Below the pieces are notes generated by a model. It was not told the DNA's origin. It saw only the letters and a program-made list of their open reading frames with translations, and ran no database searches. Position numbers and translations under genes: made by a program. 60,809 nucleotides of DNA from a virus (lineage: Duplodnaviria > Caudoviricetes), in IMG/VR virus record IMGVR_UViG_3300030118_007016, positions 1 through 60,809 of that record; one strand, 5' to 3'. This document shows positions 50,979-58,818 of this stretch, piece by piece. The number at the start of each line of letters is the position of its first letter. Positions within the stretch are counted from its first letter, which is position 1.

Positions 50979-52130
50979 TTATTTAAGTTTCAAGAACTTT
51001 TTTAATTCTTCGATTCTTTTCTTTGGAGATTTTAGCCCACCAACGATTGTGTAGGCGACGAGTTTCTCTCTTTCTGGATCTTCGTAAATACCCCTGTGAA
51101 TGATTGCGCCCCCAGTTAATGTCGCTAATGTGTCAAATCCATATTCAATATTGTCCATTAGACCGGGGACGGTCTCATAAAGTACAGAACCTCCAACGAT
51201 AATTGAGGCGGCTCCTTTTGCAGAAGTTAAATCAAACCCGCTGGCAAGTAATGTTTTTTCAAGATTATTTCTAAGCCCCTGTGACACTGAAGTTGGACTT
51301 TCGGGGTCTTTGATTGTAGTGGCTCCGAAAATCATGCAACCTGCTGTTTTCATAATACTGTCATAATCTGCTGGATCAAACACAGTATAGTCAGAGTTTT
51401 TAGTGCACAAAAGATTAAAGATGTGAAATAGTCCGGCGACTGTATTGTTTAATGTTGGCCAAAACTGCTTTACAGTTAGTCGTGGATAAAGCTTTTTGAT
51501 TTTATCATTATCAATAATGACTAAAGGTGCAAAGTTTCCATTTTCAGCTTCTGCACAAAGCTCTGTCATTCTATTGTATGAATTTTCTGCCACTATTGGG
51601 GACGCACACTCTCCGCTAGTAGGTAATGATGCAATAACTCCTACTCTTTCACTAGGATTTTCTACTCCAATATAAGTAAAATATCTTTTTGCAGTGTCCA
51701 AAAGAGACATAACACTACCTCCTCCGGTTCCGCCCCCAACACCAACACAAATCAAGATACGGTCGATTTTGTCACCGAAAATCTCTTTGTATTTATTGAA
51801 AACTTCTTGACTTTTATCATCAAATGCTTGCTTTGAAACTGCATGATTTTTTCCAGCGCCGGATGCCCCATCATACACTAGATGATGTTTGTGGTTTTCT
51901 GGGAGACCTAAGTGATTTAAGTCCGATTTTGCTAGATTAAAAGCGATTGTCTTTCTGTATCCCAAATCAAAGAATGCTTTAGCCATGCGACCTCCGCCTT
52001 GACCAGATCCAACAATACCATATCGCAATGCTCCGCCGCTCTCATCTTCAACAAAATCTACTTTTGACTGTTCAATTTCTTCAATATCAATATCTTCAAT
52101 GTCTAAAGTAGGTAAGTTTAAATCATTCAT
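50979..52130 (-). CDS. Tubulin/FtsZ-family GTPase
   Basis: GSGQGGG, GAGK, GVGGGTGGG signature, IDND, DPADY (T7-like loop). Confidence 0.9.
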   Translation of the reverse strand: MNDLNLPTLDIEDIDIEEIEQSKVDFVEDESGGALRYGIVGSGQGGGRMAKAFFDLGYRKTIAFNLAKSDLNHLGLPENHKHHLVYDGASGAGKNHAVSKQAFDDKSQEVFNKYKEIFGDKIDRILICVGVGGGTGGGSVMSLLDTAKRYFTYIGVENPSERVGVIASLPTSGECASPIVAENSYNRMTELCAEAENGNFAPLVIIDNDKIKKLYPRLTVKQFWPTLNNTVAGLFHIFNLLCTKNSDYTVFDPADYDSIMKTAGCMIFGATTIKDPESPTSVSQGLRNNLEKTLLASGFDLTSAKGAASIIVGGSVLYETVPGLMDNIEYGFDTLATLTGGAIIHRGIYEDPEREKLVAYTIVGGLKSPKKRIEELKKFLKLK

Positions 52131-52164
52131 TTTATCAATCTCCTAAATGTTTATCTAACGATAA

Positions 52165-52172
52165 TAAATAGT
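52165..52172 (-). promoter_or_regulatory. Putative late promoter ACTATTTA upstream of the tubulin gene
   Basis: Intergenic motif copy, followed by an AGGAG SD. Confidence 0.5.
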
Positions 52173-52693
52173 TAGTGGTTAGCAAACATTTCATTTTTGT
52201 ACTTTCGCTTCTGGATTCTCATTTTTCTTTTAAAATATTTTCTATATTTTAACACAGCTTTTGCATACTTTAAGCCTTGCTTGTTTCTATTTTCGCCCTT
52301 GCATCTGAAACCAGCGTTGTATCCGCACAGTGCTGTCGTTTCGTTTCCTTTTGCATATTTTTTTAGCCAATAGTTAAGTATTTTAGACCCAACACGAATA
52401 CCGGTTTCTGGATCTTTAAGTTCGTCGCAGGTTAAGTTTCTCCCTTTGTCACCATATTTTTTTGAATATTTTGGAAGTACTTGCATAACGCCACAAGCAT
52501 TCGCATGACTTTTAGCTGTTGGAGTCCATGCGCTTTCAATTCTACCAACTGCTACAATAAGTGATGGGTCTAAGTCATATTTTTCTGAAACTTCTTGGAT
52601 AATATGTGCATTTTCACATATAACATCTGCGTTTCTCATATTAATGGAAGCCGCAGTCATGCATACTAAAAATGATATATTCCAAGTTACCAC
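52172..52693 (-). CDS. Lytic transglycosylase (SLT domain)
   Basis: LIVAV..IES, ACGVMQV, ALCGYNAG; hydrophobic N-terminus. Confidence 0.88.
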   Translation of the reverse strand: MVTWNISFLVCMTAASINMRNADVICENAHIIQEVSEKYDLDPSLIVAVGRIESAWTPTAKSHANACGVMQVLPKYSKKYGDKGRNLTCDELKDPETGIRVGSKILNYWLKKYAKGNETTALCGYNAGFRCKGENRNKQGLKYAKAVLKYRKYFKRKMRIQKRKYKNEMFANH

Positions 52694-52704
52694 ATTTATT
52701 CCTT

Positions 52705-53181
52705 TTATTTTGAATGCTTGTCTGCTATTGAAGCAGCAGCAAAAGCATATGGCTTTATTCTACATTCATATCCAGAACCTTTTACATATCCAACCAACAT
52801 GTTAGCTAAGTGGCTAGTTCCCTCATTATTCTCTTGAGGACTTATATCTAAATGTAACTCAAGCTTAGCAGATGGTATTAATTGTACAATATTATTTGCA
52901 AGAATTATAGTATTTTCCGCTTCTTTAATCATTCTAATACTAAGTTCAGGAAACTGATTTTTATTTAGCCTTTTCTTAGTATAAAAATATCTACCACCTT
53001 GTTGATTATCTGCTCCATATAAGCAAATAGCAGTAGAAAATATACAGTTATCTTTTATAAAGAAAGAATCAGTACCAATATAAACAGTACCTTTATTATT
53101 GCAATGTTGTTTAATCTGTTCTATAATATCTTTAAACTGTATGATATCTTTAGAGCCAGTGTTCCAAGTAGTTTTAAACAT
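52705..53181 (-). CDS. RNase H-like YkuK/DUF458 family protein
   Basis: YIGTDS, ELHLDI, IKPYAFAAASIADKH. Confidence 0.85.
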   Translation of the reverse strand: MFKTTWNTGSKDIIQFKDIIEQIKQHCNNKGTVYIGTDSFFIKDNCIFSTAICLYGADNQQGGRYFYTKKRLNKNQFPELSIRMIKEAENTIILANNIVQLIPSAKLELHLDISPQENNEGTSHLANMLVGYVKGSGYECRIKPYAFAAASIADKHSK

Positions 53182-53196
53182 GCCAGTAATAACTAG

Positions 53197-53240
53197 TAAA
53201 TAGTTGTTTTGAGGGTAACACGTAAAAATAGCAATGTCAA
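53197..53240 (-). promoter_or_regulatory. Tandem promoters: TTGACA-17-(TGn)TACCCT and ACTATTTA
   Basis: -35 at 53235-53240, -10 at 53212-53217, late-type motif at 53197-53204. Confidence 0.55.
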
Positions 53241-53247
53241 ATAAAAA

Positions 53248-53592
53248 ATGAAAAAAGATGAAAAAAATAAAAAAAGGTACAGTGTTATCAGGAAGTTAAG
53301 AAGAGATGGAAAGCTTTCTGAGGAAATGGAAATATTCGTCTCTAATCTGTCGCTGGAGGATCTTATTGCATTAAAACTAGAAATATCCAGCAAACCTGTA
53401 AATGGAAAATTGTTTGGCATACCAATATGGAAATCTATTCCCTTTATTGTTAGAGATGCCGTCTTAAAAACAGCTATTTCAGTTTGTAAAACCAAAGTTG
53501 ATGCAGCAAATTTGATTGGAATGGATGTCGATAAAATGGATAACTTATTGAAAAAATACAATACAATAGGTTTTTTTGAAGAAAACAGTTGA
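53248..53592 (+). CDS. Small protein with C-terminal Fis-like HTH
   Basis: VLKTAISVCKTKVDAANLIGMDVDKMDNLLKKYN resembles the Fis HTH (N.t.AA..LG......kLkKY). Confidence 0.55.
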   Translation: MKKDEKNKKRYSVIRKLRRDGKLSEEMEIFVSNLSLEDLIALKLEISSKPVNGKLFGIPIWKSIPFIVRDAVLKTAISVCKTKVDAANLIGMDVDKMDNLLKKYNTIGFFEENS

Positions 53593-53616
53593 CAAAATGC
53601 AACATTTAGTTATAGT
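53589..53616 (+). promoter_or_regulatory. Sigma70-type promoter TTGACA-16-TATAGT for the ncRNA/tmRNA transcript
   Basis: -35 at 53589-53594, -10 at 53611-53616. Confidence 0.65.
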
Positions 53617-53622
53617 TATATA

Positions 53623-53815
53623 ACATCACTGGCTAAAACAGTGTAATAATAGTGATGTCTATAACTTAGGAGATTCCCTTCAAAGCCCTTAACGAAGGGA
53701 TCCGCTTGGGCGGTAAACTGTTGAAGAAGGGATAACAAGACGGCAATGTGAGAAAACCGTTCATTTTTTTAGCCAAATATAGTGCCCCCTCGTTGGCTTA
53801 GGATGGCGAGGGGGC
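53623..53815 (+). ncRNA. Candidate structured non-coding RNA of unknown family
   Basis: ORF-free and GC-enriched. Stems 53623-30/53651-58, 53675-81/53694-700 and 53784-92/53807-15, plus a 9-bp long-range pairing 53630-38/53767-75. Confidence 0.5.
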
Positions 53816-53818
53816 GAA

Positions 53819-53829
53819 GTTCTTTGAAA
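53819..53829 (+). promoter_or_regulatory. boxA-like antitermination element GTTCTTTGAAA
   Basis: Matches the rRNA-leader boxA pattern (GYTCTTTRA). Sits just after a GC-rich hairpin and 3 nt before the tmRNA. Confidence 0.45.
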
Positions 53830-53832
53830 TAC

Positions 53833-54155
53833 GGGGGTGTACAGGTTTCGACTGGGTAATGAAACTAATGTGTGCAAGGCAGAGGGCAGCGACGGTCTCT
53901 GTAAAAACGCTGAAACTAATAAGTGCTAATACTGACACTTACTCTGAATACGCACTAGCTGCGTAATCGGGGGTAGCCATACCTTCTAAACCAAAATGGC
54001 GTATGGTTTCTCATTTCCTAAAAATGAGTGGTGCGAAAGAAGGCTAAGCGGAAAATAAATTGTCTGTGTTATTTTCCAGTATTCTACAGACTAACCTTGT
54101 GAACGACTCATTGGCAGAGTTATTTAGGACGGGGGTTCGATTCCCCCCACCTCCA
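53833..54155 (+). ncRNA. ssrA: tmRNA, tag peptide ANTDTYSEYALAA (53925-53966)
   Basis: 5' GGGGGTGTACAGGTTTCGAC; 3' GACGGGGGTTCGATTCCCCCCACCTCCA. G3:U70 alanine determinant, pk1 (CAGCG/CGCTG), resume codon GCT after ATAAGT, tag ending ALAA-stop. Confidence 0.95.
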
Positions 54156-54176
54156 CTAACTTTTAAATTAATGTGA

Positions 54177-54184
54177 ACTATTTA
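54177..54184 (+). promoter_or_regulatory. Putative late promoter ACTATTTA, 5 nt before ATG
   Basis: ACTATTTA-CCACT-ATG, no SD. Confidence 0.5.
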
Positions 54185-54189
54185 CCACT

Positions 54190-55326
54190 ATGAACAACCC
54201 ACACAAAAACTGGCAAAAATTTCTTATAAATGAAGCAGGATTAAATAAAATCAGACAAGATATGCTTGACTATGATACTGCTTTTATTACAGCATTTCGT
54301 GGCAATATAGATGACAAATCTATGTGCGTTTATGTGCCCCCATCCGAAGAAGAGCTTTCTGAAAGAGACAAGATGGGCAAAAGAGGCGAGACTAATAAAA
54401 GAAACAATAAAGAACTCTCAGCCTTCCTTCTTAGTCAAGGTTATGGTGTTAAGAATGTTCAAGGATCTTACATTGAAAACTTTGGTTCAATAGACCCAGA
54501 AAAAGTGCCAAGAGAGGTAAAAGAGGCTAGTTTCTTTGTAACTAACCTAAATGGTGACCCAGAGTTTGCAGAGCAAATAATTAACCTTGGTAAAAGATTT
54601 TGTCAAGATTCAGTTATCATTGTACCAAAAGGTGAAGAGGGTTACATTTACGGAACAAACAATGGTAAATATCCGGGATTGGATCAAAAAGAGACAGTTG
54701 GTAAGTTTGCAGGTGGCGAAAGAGGCGAGTTCATGTCTCGTATTGGTGGACGACCCTTTGTTATGAAAGAGGATGAAGAGACTAAAACTTACGAAGATCT
54801 ACCCGGAAAACAAAGACAAGCGGCGAAACTAATAGCACAAAGAGTTGATAGAGAAATCAACGAAATGCACATGGTTTATAACTTAAATGAAGCAGACCTA
54901 CCTGCATATGACAACAATGGAAAAGTAACACTTTATCATTATGCACCAGTTGAAGCTGATGAAATAGAAGTTGATCCATCTCAATTCGGAAAACAAAGAT
55001 ACTCTAGAAGAGAGAAAGAAAGATCAACTTACCCTCGCTCATTCTTTTATGTTAACCTTGATCAAGCAGAGTCTGAAGTAAAATCAGGAAAGCACCTTTT
55101 TACACTTGACATTCCAACTAACAAGTTGTATAGTATAAAAAACGATCCTGATGGTCTTATGAAATCTATTAGGCACCCAACATATGGCTTTAGAAACGAT
55201 ATCGAATGGACTGAGCTTTTTAAAGAAATACACAAAGATTATCTTGGTGCTTATTATTCCACTCCCTCTATGGATCTTGTGGTTCTTTTTGAACCAGTTA
55301 AAGCGAATAAAATGGAGCAAGAATGA
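54190..55326 (+). CDS. Two-domain putative head-packaged protein (DUF3293-like plus ART-like domain)
   Basis: NWQKFLINE leader. FITAFR...GSYIE...E.SFFV...FCQDS domain; LNE linker; then TLYH...SFFY...GAYY..VVLFEP. Confidence 0.5.
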   Translation: MNNPHKNWQKFLINEAGLNKIRQDMLDYDTAFITAFRGNIDDKSMCVYVPPSEEELSERDKMGKRGETNKRNNKELSAFLLSQGYGVKNVQGSYIENFGSIDPEKVPREVKEASFFVTNLNGDPEFAEQIINLGKRFCQDSVIIVPKGEEGYIYGTNNGKYPGLDQKETVGKFAGGERGEFMSRIGGRPFVMKEDEETKTYEDLPGKQRQAAKLIAQRVDREINEMHMVYNLNEADLPAYDNNGKVTLYHYAPVEADEIEVDPSQFGKQRYSRREKERSTYPRSFFYVNLDQAESEVKSGKHLFTLDIPTNKLYSIKNDPDGLMKSIRHPTYGFRNDIEWTELFKEIHKDYLGAYYSTPSMDLVVLFEPVKANKMEQE

Positions 55327-55601
55327 AAATAAATGATACGGTTTTTCAAAACTATAGTGGTTTGCATAGATATGGAAAGGTTGTTGAAGTAAAAGAAAAT
55401 TATAAAGGCGATGGCTGGCTGTGGGCTCAAGTCGACTGGATTAATGATGAAGAATATGTAACCTGTCAAAAATGGAAAGCAGAGTTAAGAAACAAAAGCG
55501 AGGATTATTTCATACCCAAATATTATCGATGTGACGATATTCAAGTAATAGATCTTAACAGAACATTACAAACTCTTGTAAAATTAAAAGACATATCTTA
55601 A
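55323..55601 (+). CDS. Hypothetical protein
   Basis: 92-aa ORF, ATGA-coupled to the upstream gene. Confidence 0.7.
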   Translation: MKINDTVFQNYSGLHRYGKVVEVKENYKGDGWLWAQVDWINDEEYVTCQKWKAELRNKSEDYFIPKYYRCDDIQVIDLNRTLQTLVKLKDIS

Positions 55602-55606
55602 ATAAA

Positions 55607-55681
55607 TGCGGAGTAGCACAATGGTAGTGCAATCGGCTGTTAACCGATAGGTTGTAGGTTCGAGTCCTACCTCCGCAGCCA
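55607..55681 (+). tRNA. tRNA-Asn(GTT)
   Basis: TGCGGAGTAGCACAATGGTAGTGCAATCGGCTGTTAACCGATAGGTTGTAGGTTCGAGTCCTACCTCCGCAGCCA. Confidence 0.95.
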
Positions 55682-55702
55682 TAAACACACCCAAATAACC
55701 AC

Positions 55703-55731
55703 TTGACATACACCTTGATTTTTGATACGCT
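55703..55731 (+). promoter_or_regulatory. Sigma70-type promoter TTGACA-17-TACGCT upstream of the methylase
   Basis: -35 at 55703-55708, -10 at 55726-55731. Confidence 0.6.
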
Positions 55732-55775
55732 ATCAATCTATAGCACATATTTTTATCTTTAAAGGAAGGGATGAA

Positions 55776-56783
55776 ATGAAGCCATTATTTATGTGGGCAG
55801 GTGGTAAAAGTAAATTAATCAAGCACTATAAGCCACATCTGCCTAAAGAGTTCGATTCTTATCATGAACCATTTTTTGGCGGTGGGGCAATGTTTATCTG
55901 GGCTTACGAACAGAATCCAAACGCTAGCTTTTATATTAATGATGTGAATCCTCACATTGTTCAAATATACAAAGCTATCCGAGATGATGTCGAGCAATTC
56001 TGCAACATAATGGATACTTTTGAAAAGGCATACCTATCTTTAGATCCTCCCAAGAAAAAACAAATAATCGAAGGCAAAACCCAATGGGTTGATCATCCTA
56101 CAGGAGCTAAAGATGCAAAGCTTGAAAAGATGTATAAGTTGCCAAAAAATAAATATGATTGGGATAAAATATATCAACAAAAGCCAACGAGGAGATCTTT
56201 CTTTTTTAAAGTTAGGAAGTCTTACCAAGAAGAATATGAAACTTGGGAAACTACAAAAGAAGCAGCCATTTTGTATTTCTTAATGAAAACAGCGTTTAAT
56301 GGTGTATGGCAAGTTGGCAAAGGGCATGGAAGGTTTAATACTCCATGTGGACTGATGAGGCATACAGATAGCATATATGATAAGGAAAATGTATTAAAAT
56401 GGAGTAAGGCACTACAGGGTGCCACAATAACATCTTTAGACTTCAAAGATACTATTAACAATGTCGGAGAAAACTCGTATACTTTTCTAGATCCTCCGTA
56501 CAGAAGTGCATCGGATGAAGAAAAAACTTTTGCAGATTATGGAACTAATCTAGAAGATGAATTTCAAGAAACGGTTATAGACTTTTTTATGAGTGCAAAA
56601 GATAGAGGATCTTATGTTTTACTATCCAATAGAGATTGGGGAGATGGATTCTTTGAAGATAGAAGTAATGGAAATAAAGTAGAATATTTTGACGTTACTT
56701 ACACTGTGGGCAGGAAAAAACAAAATGATAATGGAGAACACTCAGCCACAAAAGCTAGAGAGATATTAATGGTAAGCGAATGA
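55776..56783 (+). CDS. dam: DNA adenine methyltransferase (Dam/D12 class)
   Basis: KPLFMWAGGK, EPFFGGGA, IND, FNG, FLDPPY, LSN. Start MKPLF at 55776 behind AAGGAAGG. Target specificity is not established. Confidence 0.88.
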   Translation: MKPLFMWAGGKSKLIKHYKPHLPKEFDSYHEPFFGGGAMFIWAYEQNPNASFYINDVNPHIVQIYKAIRDDVEQFCNIMDTFEKAYLSLDPPKKKQIIEGKTQWVDHPTGAKDAKLEKMYKLPKNKYDWDKIYQQKPTRRSFFFKVRKSYQEEYETWETTKEAAILYFLMKTAFNGVWQVGKGHGRFNTPCGLMRHTDSIYDKENVLKWSKALQGATITSLDFKDTINNVGENSYTFLDPPYRSASDEEKTFADYGTNLEDEFQETVIDFFMSAKDRGSYVLLSNRDWGDGFFEDRSNGNKVEYFDVTYTVGRKKQNDNGEHSATKAREILMVSE

Positions 56784-57040
56784 TTTCAAAAGGTGACGTT
56801 GAATTAGTTAAAGAATGGACCACAGAGCATGCAAAATATTGTTCTAAAATATGGAGTGTTGACTTTGATTTTGATCACTATGACACTGAAGTTAAGTGCT
56901 TTTACCTGAGAGATTATCGATTAGTTACAAGAGAACACTTGCAATATAGGCACTTGTTTGACTTAGAAGAAAAGATTCAGACTAAGTTTGGAAAAAGATA
57001 TAGAGTAGGTATAATATATGAACAAATACCACCAGCATAG
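56780..57040 (+). CDS. Hypothetical protein
   Basis: 86-aa ORF, ATGA-coupled. Confidence 0.65.
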   Translation: MISKGDVELVKEWTTEHAKYCSKIWSVDFDFDHYDTEVKCFYLRDYRLVTREHLQYRHLFDLEEKIQTKFGKRYRVGIIYEQIPPA

Positions 57041-57065
57041 AAAAAGGCATTTTCGTAAACTATAA

Positions 57066-57073
57066 ACTATTTA
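57066..57073 (+). promoter_or_regulatory. Putative late promoter ACTATTTA
   Basis: Intergenic copy upstream of a monocistronic gene that has an SD and a terminator. Confidence 0.55.
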
Positions 57074-57150
57074 TTACGTTGGGTTACACCCTGACATGCA
57101 TGTTAAATAACAAATTAAAAACATTTTAAACCTATAGGAGAAATAATAAA

Positions 57151-57681
57151 ATGGCAGATAGAAAAGAATTTAGGGGTCAAGTCGACTTTACAGGTGGAGT
57201 TCATTTCAATGAAAGAGTCGCTGAACCTCTATTTACATCATCAACAATACACACAGCGGGAGCAACACTTGTTAAAAATACACTAAATATTATTAACCAC
57301 GCTGCGGCAGAAGATATTGTGTTTGCATTACCATCGGCGGCATCTTCAAAAAAAGGAGATATCATAAGGGTTGTCTACGTAAACACAATTGCAAATACAC
57401 AAACTCACAAATATACAACTGATGCGGCGTCATTTTCGACAGTTTCAGGACTTTTTGTGGCTACTAACGCAGCAAATGGAAGCGTTTTCGCAGCGGTAAC
57501 GGCACCCGATGGAACAGATGACGATGTATTGACATTGACTGGTGGTACTAATGCTGGAGTTGGACCGGGAACAGATTTGCTTTTTGTTTATGAAGGAACA
57601 TTTTGGCAAGTTGAAGGAAAGGTTTACAACTCAGGCACAGGCGCTGGCGGAAATGCACAAGCAGCCTTTACAGAGACCTAA
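57151..57681 (+). CDS. Putative virion decoration/fibre-like protein
   Basis: 176 aa, A/T/G-rich and beta-like (ALPSAA..KGD...WQV). AGGAGA SD, late-type motif upstream and terminator downstream. Confidence 0.5.
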   Translation: MADRKEFRGQVDFTGGVHFNERVAEPLFTSSTIHTAGATLVKNTLNIINHAAAEDIVFALPSAASSKKGDIIRVVYVNTIANTQTHKYTTDAASFSTVSGLFVATNAANGSVFAAVTAPDGTDDDVLTLTGGTNAGVGPGTDLLFVYEGTFWQVEGKVYNSGTGAGGNAQAAFTET

Positions 57682-57720
57682 TATAATATTCTGCTTTATG
57701 AGCAGTTTTTTATATGAAAC

Positions 57721-57752
57721 AAAAGCAGCCCTTTCGGGGGCTGCTTTTTTTT
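57721..57752 (+). terminator. Rho-independent terminator
   Basis: AAAAGCAGCCC-TTTCGG-GGGCTGC followed by a T-run; A-run on the 5' side. Confidence 0.9.
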
Positions 57753-57753
57753 A

Positions 57754-57782
57754 TTTACAATCAAACACAGGATATATATAAT
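57754..57782 (+). promoter_or_regulatory. Sigma70-type promoter TTTACA-17-TATAAT
   Basis: -35 at 57754-57759, -10 at 57777-57782. Confidence 0.65.
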
Positions 57783-57800
57783 GTTTCAAAAGGAGTTATT

Positions 57801-58016
57801 ATGTTAGCAAGAGATACAAGATTTTACAGAGCCCTTAAGCAACATTACTTGGCACAAAAAGAAGAAGCCTTAGCAACACTAGACTTATATTTTAGAGATT
57901 CAGTTGGAATTGGTGAGCATTCAAATATTTTAAATGAATTTAAAGAGTGGACTCACAAGTTGTGTGAGGCAGATGAGGCTTTAGAAGTTTTGGAAAAGTA
58001 TTATGAGCAAGACTAA
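57801..58016 (+). CDS. Hypothetical phage protein (SVGIGEHS motif)
   Basis: Start MLARD at 57801 with AAGGAG SD. The longer call in the ORF track runs through the terminator. Confidence 0.75.
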   Translation: MLARDTRFYRALKQHYLAQKEEALATLDLYFRDSVGIGEHSNILNEFKEWTHKLCEADEALEVLEKYYEQD

Positions 58017-58783
58017 AGGTTAGCAATATCAGAAAGGTCTAGGTCGTCTTCGTCTCCCGTATCCTCTGCGTCTGGACTAGGTGGGCTAGGTGGAGAAGGC
58101 TGATCATCTGCCCCAGTTTCAGGAGCATCAACTGATGGCTTAATTTCATCTTCAAACTTCTTGAAATACAAATCTAGGTTCATAAGCAAACCATCGTAAA
58201 ATGCCTTAATGTCTTGTTGACTATGAAGAGTTTTGTAGGCATCAACGATTTGAGTTTCGACTTTATTAAAAGTTTCGTAAGCTTTATCACGACCAGTTAG
58301 ATCTTCACCTTCAATACCAAAGTTTTCTTTATCTACTTCGTCTTCACTTTTTCTAACATCATCCATATCTTCTGGCTTATCTTCACCTACAGTGATATCA
58401 ATGTCTTCATCAAGTTGATCTGATTTATCCAAAGCTCTGAGAGGGGCTAATGTATTCTCAACTGCCTTAAGCATATGAGATGCAAAAGAATCTCTTTGTT
58501 CTTTTGAAGAAGCCAACTCTTTATATCCTGTCTCAATCGTTTTGAGAATATTATCAAAAAGACTATTAAGTGTATTGAGTCCAGTATTATCATAGGGTGA
58601 ATCTTCAGTGTCACCAACTTCAGCTTCAGCGATAACATTTCTTATTACTTTGCGTAATCTTTCTTCTTCGAAGATTTCACTTTCTTGTCTTTTTTGTCTT
58701 TTAGATTCTGCAATAACTATTGCTTTTCTAATAAGTTTGCGAAGCCTAAGCTCCTCAACGATTTCTTGCCTATCGATATACAT
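58013..58783 (-). CDS. Acidic hypothetical protein, possibly head-internal
   Basis: Repeated LRKLIRKAI / LRKVIRNVIAE motifs; Pro/Asp-rich tail; AAGGAG SD. Confidence 0.65.
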   Translation of the reverse strand: MYIDRQEIVEELRLRKLIRKAIVIAESKRQKRQESEIFEEERLRKVIRNVIAEAEVGDTEDSPYDNTGLNTLNSLFDNILKTIETGYKELASSKEQRDSFASHMLKAVENTLAPLRALDKSDQLDEDIDITVGEDKPEDMDDVRKSEDEVDKENFGIEGEDLTGRDKAYETFNKVETQIVDAYKTLHSQQDIKAFYDGLLMNLDLYFKKFEDEIKPSVDAPETGADDQPSPPSPPSPDAEDTGDEDDLDLSDIANL

Positions 58784-58805
58784 GTGATAATTCTCCTTAA
58801 TACCG

Positions 58806-58813
58806 TAAATAGT
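58806..58813 (-). promoter_or_regulatory. Putative late promoter ACTATTTA
   Basis: Intergenic motif copy in sense orientation. Confidence 0.5.
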
Positions 58814-58818
58814 ATTAA

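Noticed and set aside
53623-53815. RNase P RNA, SRP RNA or hammerhead identity for the structured region
   Set aside because: GGCTTA is present, but the GAGGAAAGTCC P4 partner, the SRP helix-8 motif and the CTGANGA/GAAA core are absent.
57714-57800. Upstream start of ORF 57714-58016
   Set aside because: Overlaps a terminator and a promoter; the SD-supported start is 57801.
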